From the NCBI RefSeq assembly GCF_008831285.2, contig NC_045138.2:39246001-39310000 (forward strand): a DNA stretch of 64,000 nucleotides, given 5' to 3'. The notes under the pieces were generated by a model. The model worked only from the letters and a program-made list of their open reading frames with translations. It ran no database searches and was not told the DNA's origin. This DNA comes from Nymphaea colorata (Eukaryota). A program made the position numbers and the translations under genes. Below are positions 14,023 through 27,705 of this stretch, piece by piece; position 1 is the first letter of the stretch; every line of letters begins with the position of its first letter.

Positions 14023-14563
14023 TAAAGAAATGTAGAAAAGAATGCCAGAGTTTTCTTTGTCCTTTATGCAAACAAGCAACTAAACTAACCAAATCTTTCG
14101 CACAGATTCTTATAGTACACTTCGTCAAAGCCAAGCAAATACTCTCCAATGGAATATAACAAAAAAAGTCATAAGAATATGCGAGGAAACAGTCATAAAG
14201 CGGTTCAACGAAGCATCGTTGTCGTTATTTCCAGATGATATGATTCCTCCATAACATATCGAGTTTTTAAATACTTCACAGTTTCATGAACCAAATAGAA
14301 GGAAGCTTATTCTCCTATTCATTTTTTTAACGCCATTCACATTTGGATGGCACCTAAACAAGGGCATTTTAGAGCCAAAATAATGTTCAAGTTTGGGCTG
14401 TGAAAAACTCGTCTTGTCAAAGCGGTATCTTCAAATGAAAGCTAATAAACCAAATTTGAACAAAGCATGGTTTTATGATATTTTTTAGGGTGTCATCAAA
14501 CGCTATATTAAGTTTTTTAAAGCTTAGTTATGGTTGGTGGTGTAATTGAATCCTAGACTATTT

Positions 14564-14726
14564 GGTTGTGTTTGTTTTACTGCAGATTTAAGGTTTGAAA
14601 CTCCCTCGCCCCAATCTAAAACATGTTGCATAGATTTAAAATCTATTGTTTCAACTGAACATATTCGAAAACACACTTTTTTTTATGCAACTGATGATAT
14701 AAGATCCGAGGCTATCAAACATAACC
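14564..14726. mobile_element. Second copy of the same Tourist-like MITE
   Basis: GGTTGTGTTTGTTT...AAGATC(C)GAG(G)CTATCAAACATAACC, followed by TTA. Both ends match the 13840-14022 copy. A further partial copy starts near 9571. Confidence 0.65.
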
Positions 14727-16133
14727 TTAAAAGTCATATCCAGTTTTCTAAAACTTCACAAGAAATTTCTTTTCTTTTGAAAAAAAAAAAAAAACTTTTC
14801 AAACCCGATGTCTTCTAACACACCAAACACCATTTAAAGTGTGTTTGGGTTTATTTTGCCTTTAAAATGAAGTGAATAACATGTACCCTTCCCAATTTTT
14901 TCACATAATAAGTTAGTCTTAGACCAAATATGTAAACTACCCTCAAGGGAAATAAGGTTCACATCTACGGGGGTTGGGGTTCGAGGTTCGAATCCTATGA
15001 CCTTCATTACGTTTTGACGTGTTATTCATTTGAACTGCCAACATTGGTAACTGTAAATAGAAACAAGCTAGAACCTCGAAGGTAGAAAGGTATGACTTTA
15101 AATATTTTACATCCAAAATTATTCCCCCCCCCCAAATAAACATTAAAATAAAAAAAAAAACTAAGTTTCTAAAACAGATTGAAATACCAAAATTTAAGTA
15201 ATATCTAGCTATGATGAAATGGCTTTTTCTGTAAAGTGCCATCCACTACCTTGATTCCTCTAATCAAAGGCCCCGACTGGGATTGGGTGGCGACGTACAT
15301 GGCAGTGCAGCAAGCACCCGCCGGTGAGTTCGTGAACCCACAATAAAAGGCATGGACGGGACTACTGCCACCGTCATCGTCCTTTCGGAATCTACCGGCC
15401 CTGGGGAGATGGTCCGTTCCACCCTCTCTCCCTCATGAACCTGTCCGGACCGTCGACCCGTCCGGTCCACCGAATCATATATACTTAATTGTGACCCTGG
15501 GCAGCACGCAGATTTGCAGTACATTAAAACAGACATAGGCTTGGACGCATACATTCATGCATGCGTAACATATATTTCAAATCCTTCGTCTGTTAAAATT
15601 ATTCCGTTGTCCTTTTGTTTGTCTTCTTGTGATCAAGAGGTTTCTCGTCGTCTTTTTGCTGTGAAACACTGTTGTACATAAATATCTTCACTGTGTCTTG
15701 AAAAGCCTTCTATAAATGTTGTGTTAATGGGGGCGTGTAGGGCAGATGTATTTAACAATATACAGTTGAAGTTGCTTTAGAACGTACGATAGTATGTGCT
15801 CTTCGGTGGACAGAGACATAAAAACTCAAAAATTTAAAGTAATTCCTAGAATTAGTTGGCACTAATTAATTAGTTTCTGAAAGCACCAATGCTACTTAAC
15901 GTGGACTAGTTATTTAAATTAGTTGTTGCAAACCCAATTTATAGGCTGCTTTTTCTATGTCTAAGAACTTTGGTTGTTCATGAGTTTCTTGAGGAGTACC
16001 CAGTTATCTATTTTGAATGATCTTTTTTTTTTTTTTGTCGTTCTATTGCTTTATTCTACTTAAGATGAAAGACAGTAATTAAAAAAAATCTTAGAAATAA
16101 TTGAAAATATCAATATATAAATTGAAATTGTCC

Positions 16134-16270
16134 ACACAAGCTCACATGTGGTTCCGCCATTGCCACATTAACTATCATTATACTCAATTAGGTGGTAGCA
16201 CCCAAGCCCACATGTGATTCCACTCCACGGCTACCGCATTGACTATCATCCTTCTCAATTAGGTGGTAGC
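16134..16270. repeat. Imperfect ~70-bp tandem duplication
   Basis: caagc(t/c)cacatgtg.ttcc...catt.actatcat...ctcaattaggtggtagc occurs twice in tandem. Confidence 0.8.
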
Positions 16271-17544
16271 TTTGATTGTCATACGGTATGTAAACCAATC
16301 TTTATACATATATGAGAAATTGGTAAAGTACACGACTCTTAAGTGCAAGTCCTACAAGGAATGAATCATCTTAGTCATTGGTACGAGAGAAAATCAAGAA
16401 GAAAAAGTTGTTAACTAATACTATATGACTAAAATATTATATGTTCTTTTTTTCCTTGATTGTTTTCTTAGCATTCCATCTTGAAAAGATCAACGACCAC
16501 GACCAGGACAATTCCTTACGAGTCTTATACCTAACAGTCACATACCTATCAATTTTACAAACATATAGGAATTTTAATATGCATCGCTGCAAGCTATTTT
16601 CAAATGGTTAAAAATTAAAAATTTATTGTTAACATGCAAAACATTAGCAACAGTTTTTAATGCAGCAATTATTGGTGGTTCTTTTGAAGGCGAGCACATA
16701 TATATATATATATATTGTGATCTTGTCAAGTTTTGGGAGTTATATTACATTGCTTACAACTTTGGACTTGTGTTACTTTTTTACCTGTCGCTGTGGGATT
16801 GGTTGAAATAACAATTCCTGGTTCCAGTGCCATAAGATGTAAGTGAGGCGTGATTGCAATGGCCGAGAGTTTGGGTCGCGACAAGAATGGCACAGTGAAG
16901 ATAGGCGTCGTACTGCCTAGAGTTCAGCGACAAAACGAACCTCCCTTTAGGCAATTGTATGCTACTTTATCGTTACTTATTATTATATTGTAGTTACTAT
17001 TATTATCATTATTGTTGTTGGAGTGCGAAGGTTTCGGATGGCTATGGAGCTTGATGTGATTCTCAACTAGGTTAGCTTATCATGGTGGGTGGCCGGCAAC
17101 TTTTTTGAAAACTTGAGCGGAATTTTTCCGTGAACTTATTCTCTTTTTTTCCCTTGAAGATGCCTTCTTTGTAATTTGTTTCTAAGTGCAATGGATTTTT
17201 TACAAGCGCCAGTTTTGACTGGTAATGGTTTGCTTGCTTTTAATAGGATCGGGTGAGCATAAAGTTAACAATCTACCGCTCAAAAAAGGCTTAAAAGAGT
17301 GGCTATTCCCCCTACCTCTAGGTTCTATAATGTGTCGGCACTTGGCTATCAAATAGAGTGTCACGCTGCCACCTTTTATAGTTTAGAATGGTAGTACCCA
17401 CAGAAATTGAATAGGCACCCGACGACTTGCCGACCAACTATGCTATACCCTTTAAGACACATTTTCTCAATGCGTTTGCTTTACTAGATCTTGACCGAAA
17501 AACAAGATTAGTGATGACTTCCTCCCTCCCGAATAGCAATATAG

Positions 17545-17583
<39 letters not shown>

Positions 17584-20203
17584 CAAAAACAAAAACATTG
17601 TTACTCTTGCAACATGTTTTTAGAAGACTGTCCAAAATAATGAGAAAATTTGTCATTTCCATGCAGTTATTTTAACTATTCTAGCACCCCATTTGCCTTA
17701 CACTCCCACTACTTACTTCATTATTGGAACACTTGGAAAACATTCAACCGGCATTGCCCCTTGAAAAACTGAAGAACTTCCTTACAACCTAATGTTCCAA
17801 TTATTTAACAAAAAAAAAAAATAGTGGAAGGCAATTAAGGAAACAGTAGGCACATCACATATGGACAAAGAAAGCAGCTTATGAGGAAATAGTTGTTCTG
17901 TTTTCTCTTGGTTTTTAATATTTTTGTCTTTTTCTTGCCAATATATTTGTCAATATAGCACAACCAGATTGTATGGCGTCGAGACAAACTCTTTGGCTCT
18001 ATCCACTACTTAGTTTTTCATGTATCTGAGTAGGTGGTGATGCATGCGTCAAGCCCTCAAGGTGGAAAAACTCGCCGGTCATAAGCTATGTGACAAACCA
18101 AAGATATACATGATAACTATAAACCACACAGGAGAATTTAATGACGAAATCTCTTGCGATCATTTACAAAGTCTCTCATTATCTACTAGCAGCAACTTGC
18201 AGATGCAAACAAACTCAAATAATATCACGTTCATATCGAAAGATGTTGCATATCCCAAATCTATTGGGCTATTATATAATTTTAAATGTGTATATGCATG
18301 CATGCATGTAACTCAGAAAAACTGCCATGATGTTTCGATATGAAAATAAACACTTTTTGTAGGTCCGCGGAAAATTACTCACACCTGCATCCGCCCGTAG
18401 AGTTTGTTTGATATAAATAAGGTTGAGGATGAAATTAAAAAGCTTTTTTTTTTAACTTGTGTTATGAAAATCTTCCATAACTTATTCTGGGTGAGCGAAA
18501 GTGGTTCCCCAACTCTGAGGCTGTTTCGAGGCTTGGTGTGGAGCTAGTACATTGTCAACTTGGTGCCACATTCTACATTATATATAGCCTGAGAGTATAG
18601 TGTCTGTCGGAATCAAACGGTCCTGCAACCAACATTTCCGTGACACACCAGACCAACTGGTTACTCTATGCCCCTAGAGACTTCGACATATCTCACTCAA
18701 GTTTAAGGCTTTATTCAAGTTTTAAAAAGCTTGCAACATAGGCATTTATTGGATTTTCTATTAGACTTTGGATGTGAATTTGCTGGGAGTTGCCACCCTT
18801 TCTTTATTAGAAGGATTTTCTATTGCATTTCAGTGGAAATTAATTTAGAAGTTGTAACTTTAGACTGACCCAATACAATGAAAACTGACTTCCACTGTTT
18901 AGAATTTAGCTAGTAGAAACAAGTATTGGGTTGCCATTTGAATGAGAACGATCTCTTGCATAATAGCTTTCGCCTTCTTAACAATATGAAAAATTTCAGA
19001 AACTTTGATTCAGGCAAGCATGGCAAGTTGTACCCTCCAAGACAAGGGGCTAACCCAAAATTTTTTTATGAAGGGGCCGAATTATAGTTTCAAAATTTTG
19101 ACATGAATTGAAATATCATTTTTTAAAATTTTTATATAGAAAAAGTTTTTTTTTTTTTTAAATAAGGGAGGGGGCATTTTGAAGCTTATACTTACAACTG
19201 GTCTCTAAGAAAGTTACATGCCTGGGCCCTTCCACCTAACACGCCCTCTACCTACCAAGCTAAGCTAAAGTCCTTAAATGGGGATGAGCTAATCTTTATC
19301 TCTTGAAAAGCAACAAAAGCTCCTCGTTGGTAGTAATATATATATATATATATATGTGTGTTCAGGTGAGCCGAAAAGCAGAAGCAAGGGGAATGGCAGG
19401 AGCATGGTTTCCCTCAAATTTGAAAAAAGAAAATTACTTCTCATAATTTGCAAAAAAATTTGCTTTAAAAATTTTGGAAATTATTTGTTGCCTTTGGTAA
19501 AAGATTTTGAAAAATATAATTGGGCCCCCAACAAAAATTCTGGGTCCCATCTCTGCCGCCGACCAACCACCAGCCCAAGCCAGTGGTGCACCAAACCCCA
19601 TCACATCTTAAAATTTTAATTATTGACCTTTGGAGTCATTCAGTTGCATTCAGTTGCATTGGATTGCCCATTTTAGCACCATCGACTGAGTCACTAAAAA
19701 ATGTTCAACACTGAAGGTGGTAGAAGCATCTCCTGAGACAATAGAATAATGAAAAAATGGAGCGAGTGAGGGATAAAAGATTAAGAAGCCTTTAAAATAT
19801 GATCAAACACTTCTCTAATCGATCGATTTTGTGCACTCGCTTCTCCTTTCTTGCATTTGCTTGTCAATGGCTTTCAATGTTCTGAGACTCAATTTTTTTC
19901 ACGTCATCTGCTTTTGTTTAACATACAAGTTTCGCTTGCATTTTCTTCTTTGGCTTTCACCTTTCCCGGCGAAGACCAATAATACGAGCAGAAAAAAAAA
20001 AAAAAAAAAAAAGGTTCTTTCCAGAAGGGAGACACCTTCATTTATTTGCATTGAATATGCATTTTACGCGTTCCTACCATGCTGTCAAATAAATACAACG
20101 GGCGACGTACATCACAGCTCATATTAAACTCAATAATCAACAAAAACCATATTGTTTTTGGGAAACATATTTTTAGATATTTCAAAAGCTGGATTCTCGA
20201 CAC

Positions 20204-20267
20204 AAAGCAGCCCTAAACCCTAGAAGAATGAGAGGAAAGCAGCCCTAAACCCTAGAAGAATGAGAGG
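20204..20267. repeat. Perfect 32-bp tandem duplication containing a telo-box (AAACCCTA)
   Basis: AAAGCAGCCCTAAACCCTAGAAGAATGAGAGG at 20204-20235 and 20236-20267. Confidence 0.9.
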
Positions 20268-20980
20268 AAGGATGATGCTTGGCCCTTACTCTAGCAGTGG
20301 GAATTCTTTTCCGATCTTGTAATTACATGTATGGATTCATTTATGACATGACCTCTCACTTTGTAGTGGGATACGATTCAAGGGTTTTTGCCATTTTTAA
20401 ACCATGGGATACAGTTCAGTTCCGCCATGGTTTCCTTAGTTGAATCTGACCCGCTTGTTCCCATGCGGGTGATGATGTAAACATATCGGGTTCGGATCAG
20501 TGATGAGACCGGTGGCTCGGATCTGGCATTACGGTATCCGAACTGACTGCTTCGGCCTGCATTTTCTGAATGTGATTGGTTAGGGACCAATTTGGGTCAA
20601 ATATTTTGATGTGTCAATTGGATCTGATTTCGGATTCGGATGTTTAAGATCCAAGGGGATCCAAAATCCGACCAACTTAGATTAGACACAAGGGGATCGG
20701 ACCTGAACCCGACCTGTTAATATAGGACATTTTTGTCGTGGCGTGGGGTGGGACCCAAGTGAAGGCAACGGAGCAGGGAGTGGACCATCTCGCTGCTAAA
20801 TAAAAAATGTGAAATAAGGAAAAAATATTGGTAGTACAAATATTTGATGATCCGTTTATTGCAAACCGGGAAGGGGAGAGGATAAAAGCGAAGCGCAAAG
20901 GAATTTCGTATTTTATTCACTTTTTCACTTTTTGCTACAATTTTTTCTTGGAGGGAAGGAGGGGTGGAGGCACAAGGACG

Positions 20981-20988
20981 CTATAAAA
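20981..20988 (+). promoter_or_regulatory. Candidate TATA box of the PYL gene
   Basis: CTATAAAA ~350 nt upstream of the PYL ATG, followed by a purine-rich leader-like region. Confidence 0.4.
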
Positions 20989-21335
20989 TCTCAACTCGGC
21001 AAAAACCGGCGGTTCCAGGAGTCGTTGGCGTGGTTTTCCAGCCGGGAAGGAGGGTGGTTTTGGAGATTGCGAAGGATGATGATGACGATGAGAAGTGGAT
21101 GAAGGCCTGACATAGAGTTTGGGGAGGATTAATTCTTTCAAGGGAGAGAAGGGGACAGAGGTTGAGAAAGGGAGGAGTGGAGAGGGAGGAACAGAGAGGG
21201 ATACCTGTGGGCGGGGAGGCGGTTTCCTGGTTAACATCGGTTTTTCTGTAGTCCCCTTTTAGTTGAAGTGGGGGGAAGGCTTATATGTTGGTTAAGGAAG
21301 GAGAAGAGGTGGGGGAGGGAGAGGAGGAGAGAGTC

Positions 21336-23980
21336 ATGAGTGGAGGTGGTGGTTGTGCTTATGGGTGCAGTAACAAGATGGAGGCAGAGTATAAAAGGAG
21401 GCACCACAAGCACGAGACGGCTGAGAACCAGTGTACCTCTGTTGTTGTAAAGCACATCAAAGCTCCAGTTCCTCTGGTAATCTGGAATTTTTGTTTTCTT
21501 GGGTTTTCGTCTCCACGTTTTTTTGGCCTGCTTTTCTTCTTTGGTTGGTTATTGAATCCTGCTCTTTGTATTCTTATTGACTAAGTTTTTCGAAGTTTTG
21601 TTTGTACTCTGTTCCGGGATTGTTGGACCCCTAAGAAGAGATGAGGATCTCTTCGTTTTTTTTTTTTTTAAAAAAAAAAAAAATCATTTTCTCCTTCTCA
21701 GATCGTTTTCAGGTAGATTGCAACTCTTGGTGTGTATTTTTTCCCGTTGAAGATAGCAGATGCCTATTCTGTGAAGAGGGAGACTACAGATCTTGTTTTA
21801 GGTTGTCGAACTGAAACTTTATGCGTGGTCTTTTTCTGTTCCTTCATCATCTTTTTGTTTTGCTAAGGTTTTAAGCTTTTCTGCTGCAAGCTAAGGATCA
21901 TTTTTGTCTTTTTCTTCTCTTTTTAACTTAATAAAAATGGGTGGATCTTTTTGTAGTGAAACTTGAATGGATTTGGCGGCTCAATAGTAGAGTAGATCAT
22001 GCTGTTGATCGATTAGATATGTTCGCAGGGAGTACTTCTTCTGTGTCATTCATGATCCACTTGTATATGTGCTTTGCCGTAAAGTGCGAATTTCTCTTTG
22101 ATCCGTGTTGCTTTGATGATGAACTTTTTTTGTGGTTCAATTCGGAGGGGATGAAATGGTTTAAGATCCTTTGGTACTTTTTCTTCGATGTATTTTTTTT
22201 CTTATAATTTCATGAGTTTTTGTCTCATTCGTGGCATGTCTCTTAATTCTCTTTTCAATACTTGTGAGGGATCCCATGATCAACCTTGTGCTCAATTGAA
22301 GAAGTCTTTGGGTTTTTTTTCATTCTTTTTGTACAAATGAGGAAAATGACTGAATGAATAGTAAATGCTCTGTTCTTAATAGTTTTACATGATCATGTTA
22401 TATTTTTACTAATCTTGCTACTGTTTTTCAACTGGGTCGAAAGGTTTGGTCGCTGGTCCGGAGGTTCGATCAACCACAGAAATACAAGCCGTTCATCAGC
22501 AGGTGTGTGGTCCGAGGTGATCTCACTATCGGCAGCGTGAGGGAAGTTAATGTTAAATCTGGGCTTCCGGCTACCACAAGCACAGAGAGATTAGAATTTC
22601 TTGACGATAATGAACACATACTCAGCATGAGGATCGTTGGAGGTGACCACAGGCTCAAGGTAAGAGAGCCTGATTATTTGTCTGTTGTTCTTTATGTTCA
22701 TCCTTGTTTTTTTCTCATCTCCTCCAACTGAAGTTGTTGAGTGCTGTCTTGACGTTTGCCATTCATTATACATTGGAGCGATTTTACAATTCTAATTAGT
22801 ATATGTTACGAAATTTAGTGGGAAAACTGTTTCATGCTTTTTGTGTACACAACAGTTTCAAACTTATGCGGCAGTAAAACAGAGAGACTGTTATCTTTGT
22901 TGAAACAGATGTGCAGGTTCAGAAATATCCCATTTCCTTGTTATTAGATAGCTACTGTTCTTGGTCCATGTTGGGCAATGCTATTCAACTTGTACATACA
23001 CCTAAAACCATGAACGGTGTGGTTCACATGGGTATAAAATACACTATGCAGTGTGATAAATGCGCTACGTAATGTTAAGTATTCTTTAGCACGATGATGA
23101 TAAACGTCTATGAACATGCTGAAATCAGGAGGCTTGACTTTTTCTTTTGTTGTGATGGAAGTTGGGGCTCTTTTCTTTTTCATATACTGAACGAAAGAAG
23201 TTCTGATTGTTTTGTTTACCAAGTTTTGTTCTGGACGCATTCAATGAATTTGTATCATGCATAACTTGGCTTTGACATTGTTGATCACATTTTGACTTTT
23301 GATGTAGAACTCTTTTATTTACTTCTATTTACTTTTAAATTAGTGGAAGATTTAAAATAGAAGTGCAAATTTGCCAGTGTACAAGCTATAAATGTTATCG
23401 TTTCAATGACCAAAGGAACCTGGATTAGGATAAAAGGGTATTTTCCGGTCACCCTGAGGAGAGAGCCTCATGGTGACCTCTATCCTGCATTTCAACGGTT
23501 AAATGGGAAAGGTTGTCGTCAAGATAGTGATTTTCCGTTTTATGGCCGTCTAACTTTGGCTTGACTTATCTCTACATGCTTGCATACTTCAAATACTTCA
23601 TTGGCTATAGGTTGCCGTATTGGGGAGAAGCAAAGTGGCGGAGGAATTTTATGTTCTGTTGGCGCTTTGCTGTATGTAGTTGCAGGAGCGTTGCGCTCGA
23701 TCTGGTATGTTACTCACGTGAAGCCCTCAGGAGTGCTTACCTGGTCCATTTGTGGTTGCAGAACTACTACTCCGTGATCACTCTGCATCCAGAGGTCATT
23801 GACGGGAGGCCTGGTACACTGGTGATCGAGTCATTTGTGGTGGATATTCCAGAAGGTAACACCAAGGATGAAACATGCTACTTTGTGGAGGCGCTGATCA
23901 AATGTAACCTCAAGTCACTGTCAGAAGTCTCAGAGAGACTAGCAATTCAAGATAGAACCGAACCCATTGATCCTGCCTGA
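21336..23980 (+). CDS. PYL8: Abscisic acid receptor PYR/PYL/RCAR, subfamily I (PYL8/PYL9-like), 191 aa
   Basis: Exons 21336-21476, 22444-22659, 23762-23980 (576 nt, GT-AG introns). Motifs: [30 protein letters not shown], gate loop SGLPA, latch [39 protein letters not shown]. An in-frame ATG at 21285 could add 17 aa. Confidence 0.95.
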
Positions 23981-26399
23981 GTTGCCGGAGGGTGGGTGGA
24001 AATGGAGGAGGGGAAAGAAGAGGGAATCTGCGATGATACTGGAGGAACACATGGGTGGAGACTCTGAGACCTGAGCTTTCCCCGTTTCTCTTGTGTGGTT
24101 CTTTGTTTTCGGTTTTTCAATTTAAGACTCGTGTCTTTTGTCTGTTAAGAGCTGGGAAATCCCCAGGAGGGGGAGATGGTGAAGGGCCGGCTGAGGCTGT
24201 GAACGCATCCCCAACTGCCCTCTCTAGGTGCTTTGCTTCAGTATGCAAAAGAAAAACACTCAGCATTCCCATGAGGATTGTTGGTGGCGTAATTTTTGAC
24301 GGCCATGGAACCATCTCTTCTCACCGGTGGTTTCCTTCCTTACTGCTGATAAAAAGAAAGGAAAAAGAAAGCCGCTGGAATTCCCGACGCTGTTTCTCCA
24401 TGGAAAAGGGGTGAGAAAGGAAAGCAGAATAAGAAGGATCTCCATGAATGAAAAAGTCACCGTCTGATCGCTTCTTCATTAAGGTCAGGGATTTGTTCGG
24501 ACAGGAAGAACCGGTTGTCTACTCTGTATTGTGCAAGTGTTGACCTTCTTTTCCGTTTCTGTTGTTCAATGATCTCATTTACTGTTCCCGTGTATCGTCC
24601 TGGAATTCATGGTGTTCATTTTGAAACGTAATAGGATTCTGACCATCAATCTCCTTGGAGAAGTGTACGTATGTTTCTCTTTTGTTGGACATGGAAGACG
24701 ACCGGACCGGGTTGATTAACGCCTGGTGACAACTACGAGACGTAAGAAACATGGATTAACCATTAAGTGCACCTGTGCCCACCTCCTCCTACCCTCCTTC
24801 GCTATTTCTTTAGTGATTTAATTGATCTACCTTTCCTTTCTGCACTATCTGGGTGTTGGTCACCTGACTCCTTGATGAACTTAATGAACTGGTAAAAGTC
24901 AAGAGGATGATCAGATAACCACCAGCGTATTGTCATTTTTCTTATAGTTTCTTTGATGGCAACGTAAGCTGCAGCTTTTATTTATTACCAAAAGCACATC
25001 GAGGGATCCAAATTTGTGTCTGCGATTACGTCCATCGCTCAACTGCTGTCAAGCTTTTGATGACCTATGGATGGTTGCGCCTCCGCATAATCGGTCATGG
25101 CTTTGCTTTCTTGGTTGAAATCTGCGGGGCATATGCGGGATCAGATGGATTTAGATGTCGCAGGAAATGAACGAGCGGCGAAGTCAAGCGACTGATATCG
25201 TGTATTCTGAACCAAAACAGGTTCTCTTTCTCCTTCCACTATTCGCGTCGAATATCTTGTCGGATGATGGACGCTACATCGTCCTGTTTGGGTAGGCAAT
25301 GGTCGCTTAAGAAGGCCGGCTATTGGTCCTCAGTGAAATTTTAAGTTATGACGATGGCCATGGAAAAGGAGATCAGTTTTTCCTTGTCTTGTGCAGTCAA
25401 ATGAGTAGATCCAGTGTGTGTTTACTGGGGAGGGGAAGAAACCAATTGAGAGAGAGAGAGAGAGATTTGGCTTTATCATCTCCACTCTAGTTGGGGAATA
25501 TGGTTCTTACGCCACAGATGATAAATGCGCCAGAAAGATCCACAGAAAACGCTGGCCTTGTACTGGAGTGAAGAAGCTGTGCAGGTTTAATTAGCTCCAC
25601 AGGAAAAGCACCCACCTGCTGGGATCCATGGCAAAACCCTGAATACATCAAAAAGTTGCCATCCCAAACCCCAAAAGCTGAAGAAAATATATGTGGATGA
25701 GAGGGAGAGAGATTGCTGAGGTTGAGACCTCACGTCCTTGTTCTTTTTGAATGAAAGCATTATGGAGGTTCTAGAGAGGCTGATCTGTACTTGGTTTCAT
25801 TAGCTTGGAGTGGGATGGAGCTTCGACTTGTTTTGTGAATGATCCAAGACAAATCTTCTCAGACTCAAGCCTCTTGAGTAGATTCATTACTCGCCATGGC
25901 CAACCTAAGGAACCCACAGTTGGTTGGCTTTGGCCGCAGCTGCAACTAATGGTCTCCTACTCCATCAGTGCAATCTTGACCGGCCTTCTGGACTTACCAA
26001 ATGAACTATTCAGATATTGGTTACTAGGCCCATGTTGGATTTGAACCCTGGTTTACAACTACACCACTTAATACTCCAGCTATGTCATTTGATCTACTTG
26101 GATCCACTACAAGTCCACGGCATCGACCCCTAACGTTGACCCACCGTTCTTCCTCTAGTAGGTCTAGATCGAGCAGGCGTCTGGTCGAACCCAGACCCGA
26201 ATCTATGCGCGCCTATGCCGGTCCGGCCAGTTAATGCCTAGCTCGATCTGACCAACACCAGGTACGGCCTTCACCATGTGCAGCTAGGCCACAAGGGTCC
26301 GAAAGAGAGGCAACCAGAACTGTGACCACCGGCCCACTAGCACCCTTTCGCTTTCCTCATGACCCATCGACATTTCCCTTTGCAGAGGCCCACCATGAA

Positions 26400-27150
26400 A
26401 ATTCGAATTGAAGCTGTGGAATTGTGGCTGCATTTCTACTACCATCTTGTACAGCAACCCATCATGCTGCTCGGACAAAAACTGAGTCTTCTTTTAGCTC
26501 TCAGACCCCACCATCTTTGCCGACGACGTCCCTTCCACCTTTAGTTGATGCGTGGATTTGCGAAGATCCAAATCACCACATCGTTTTCTTTCTTTTTTCT
26601 GAATCTGCTTCTCCTTCCTTTCTTTAGGCCGCCCCATGTTCAAAGATTCAACAGTTTACGCCGATTTGGCTGGGTACCTATGACTTGGCTTTCTTCAACT
26701 GGCCAAAGGAAAGCCCTTCCCATATTCACCGGCCACACCTCGATTAGCCTCCGCTCTCATGAAAGTACAATGCATGCCTTAGAGCTTTAAGCTTGTGATG
26801 TCCTTATAAGTAGCTGCCTGAGCTACATGTGGGCATGTGTGGATGAATAAAATTTTATTTATTTACATATTAACATTGCCAACCATTTGGCATGATATAT
26901 TGGTACCCTTCATTCATTTTTGAAAGGGTTTAAGATTTTATTGAATTAGAGTCCTTCAATCAAAGTTTGGTTCCATCACTGCGTCCTTGAGTTGATACAG
27001 ACGCCTGACTACGTATGTTAAGCCCTTTGTCATTGGCCACTAGAACTCCACTTTCACTATTATTATTACTTCAAACAACACAACCTTTTGGCCATATGGT
27101 ATATATGTCCACCAATCAACTTCTTCCTGCCGCAACCTTCAAAAACTCCT
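26400..27150 (+). mobile_element. Decayed Ty1/Copia retrotransposon fragments
   Basis: 26420-26480 reads CGCISTTILYSNP...ARTK with frameshifts (cf. Copia RNase H CDN.SA..L..NP..HARTKH). ~26690 reads SSTGQRKALP (cf. DQLADIFTKAL). An LTR-like AATAAA...TTACA segment lies at 26790-26870. 27015-27110 reads TPLSLL...QPFGHMVY (cf. post-integrase TP.E.L...VFGC..Y). Confidence 0.4.
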
Positions 27151-27705
27151 ACAAACATCACCATCCTCATGATAAGCTCTTGCTTTCTTTCTTTCCTTCT
27201 TTAATGATGAGAAAACTCCATGGACCATATCATCTAGTGGTTTCAAGTGGGCACGGACCTTAATTTGCACCTCAAGAAAAGAAGGCCACGGGAAAGCTGT
27301 TTAGGTAACCTTGCAAGTTGGCCACACATGGAGCTGTTGGACATACTAGGGTTTGTTCAACTTGGGTCTAACTAATCTAATAGTTTACCAGAAAACTATA
27401 GTTTTAACAAACTGCCGATTGACTCCAGAATTATGAATTTCAGATCAGCATTACTCAATTCATACATCTCCTGTCAAAGGAGGGAGAGTTTGCTGATCAT
27501 TAAAGATACAATGATCATAACTTCGTTTTTGTAATTCATGCAATCCTTAGAAAAAACAATCTAAATCCTTACTATAGGTCAAGGATAAAAAATCTTGGTG
27601 ATCAAAGATCCCAAGATCTCAGATCACCTAGGACTTGGGATACTGGTTGCAACCAAATGTAGTATAATAGAAAACGACAGAACCCTCCATGCAGATGATC
27701 TGTTC

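Noticed and set aside
14960..15005. GGTTCGAATCC, a tRNA T-loop / B-box motif
   Set aside because: No cloverleaf or acceptor stem can be built. At most a SINE relic; a similar weak case lies at 5050-5110.
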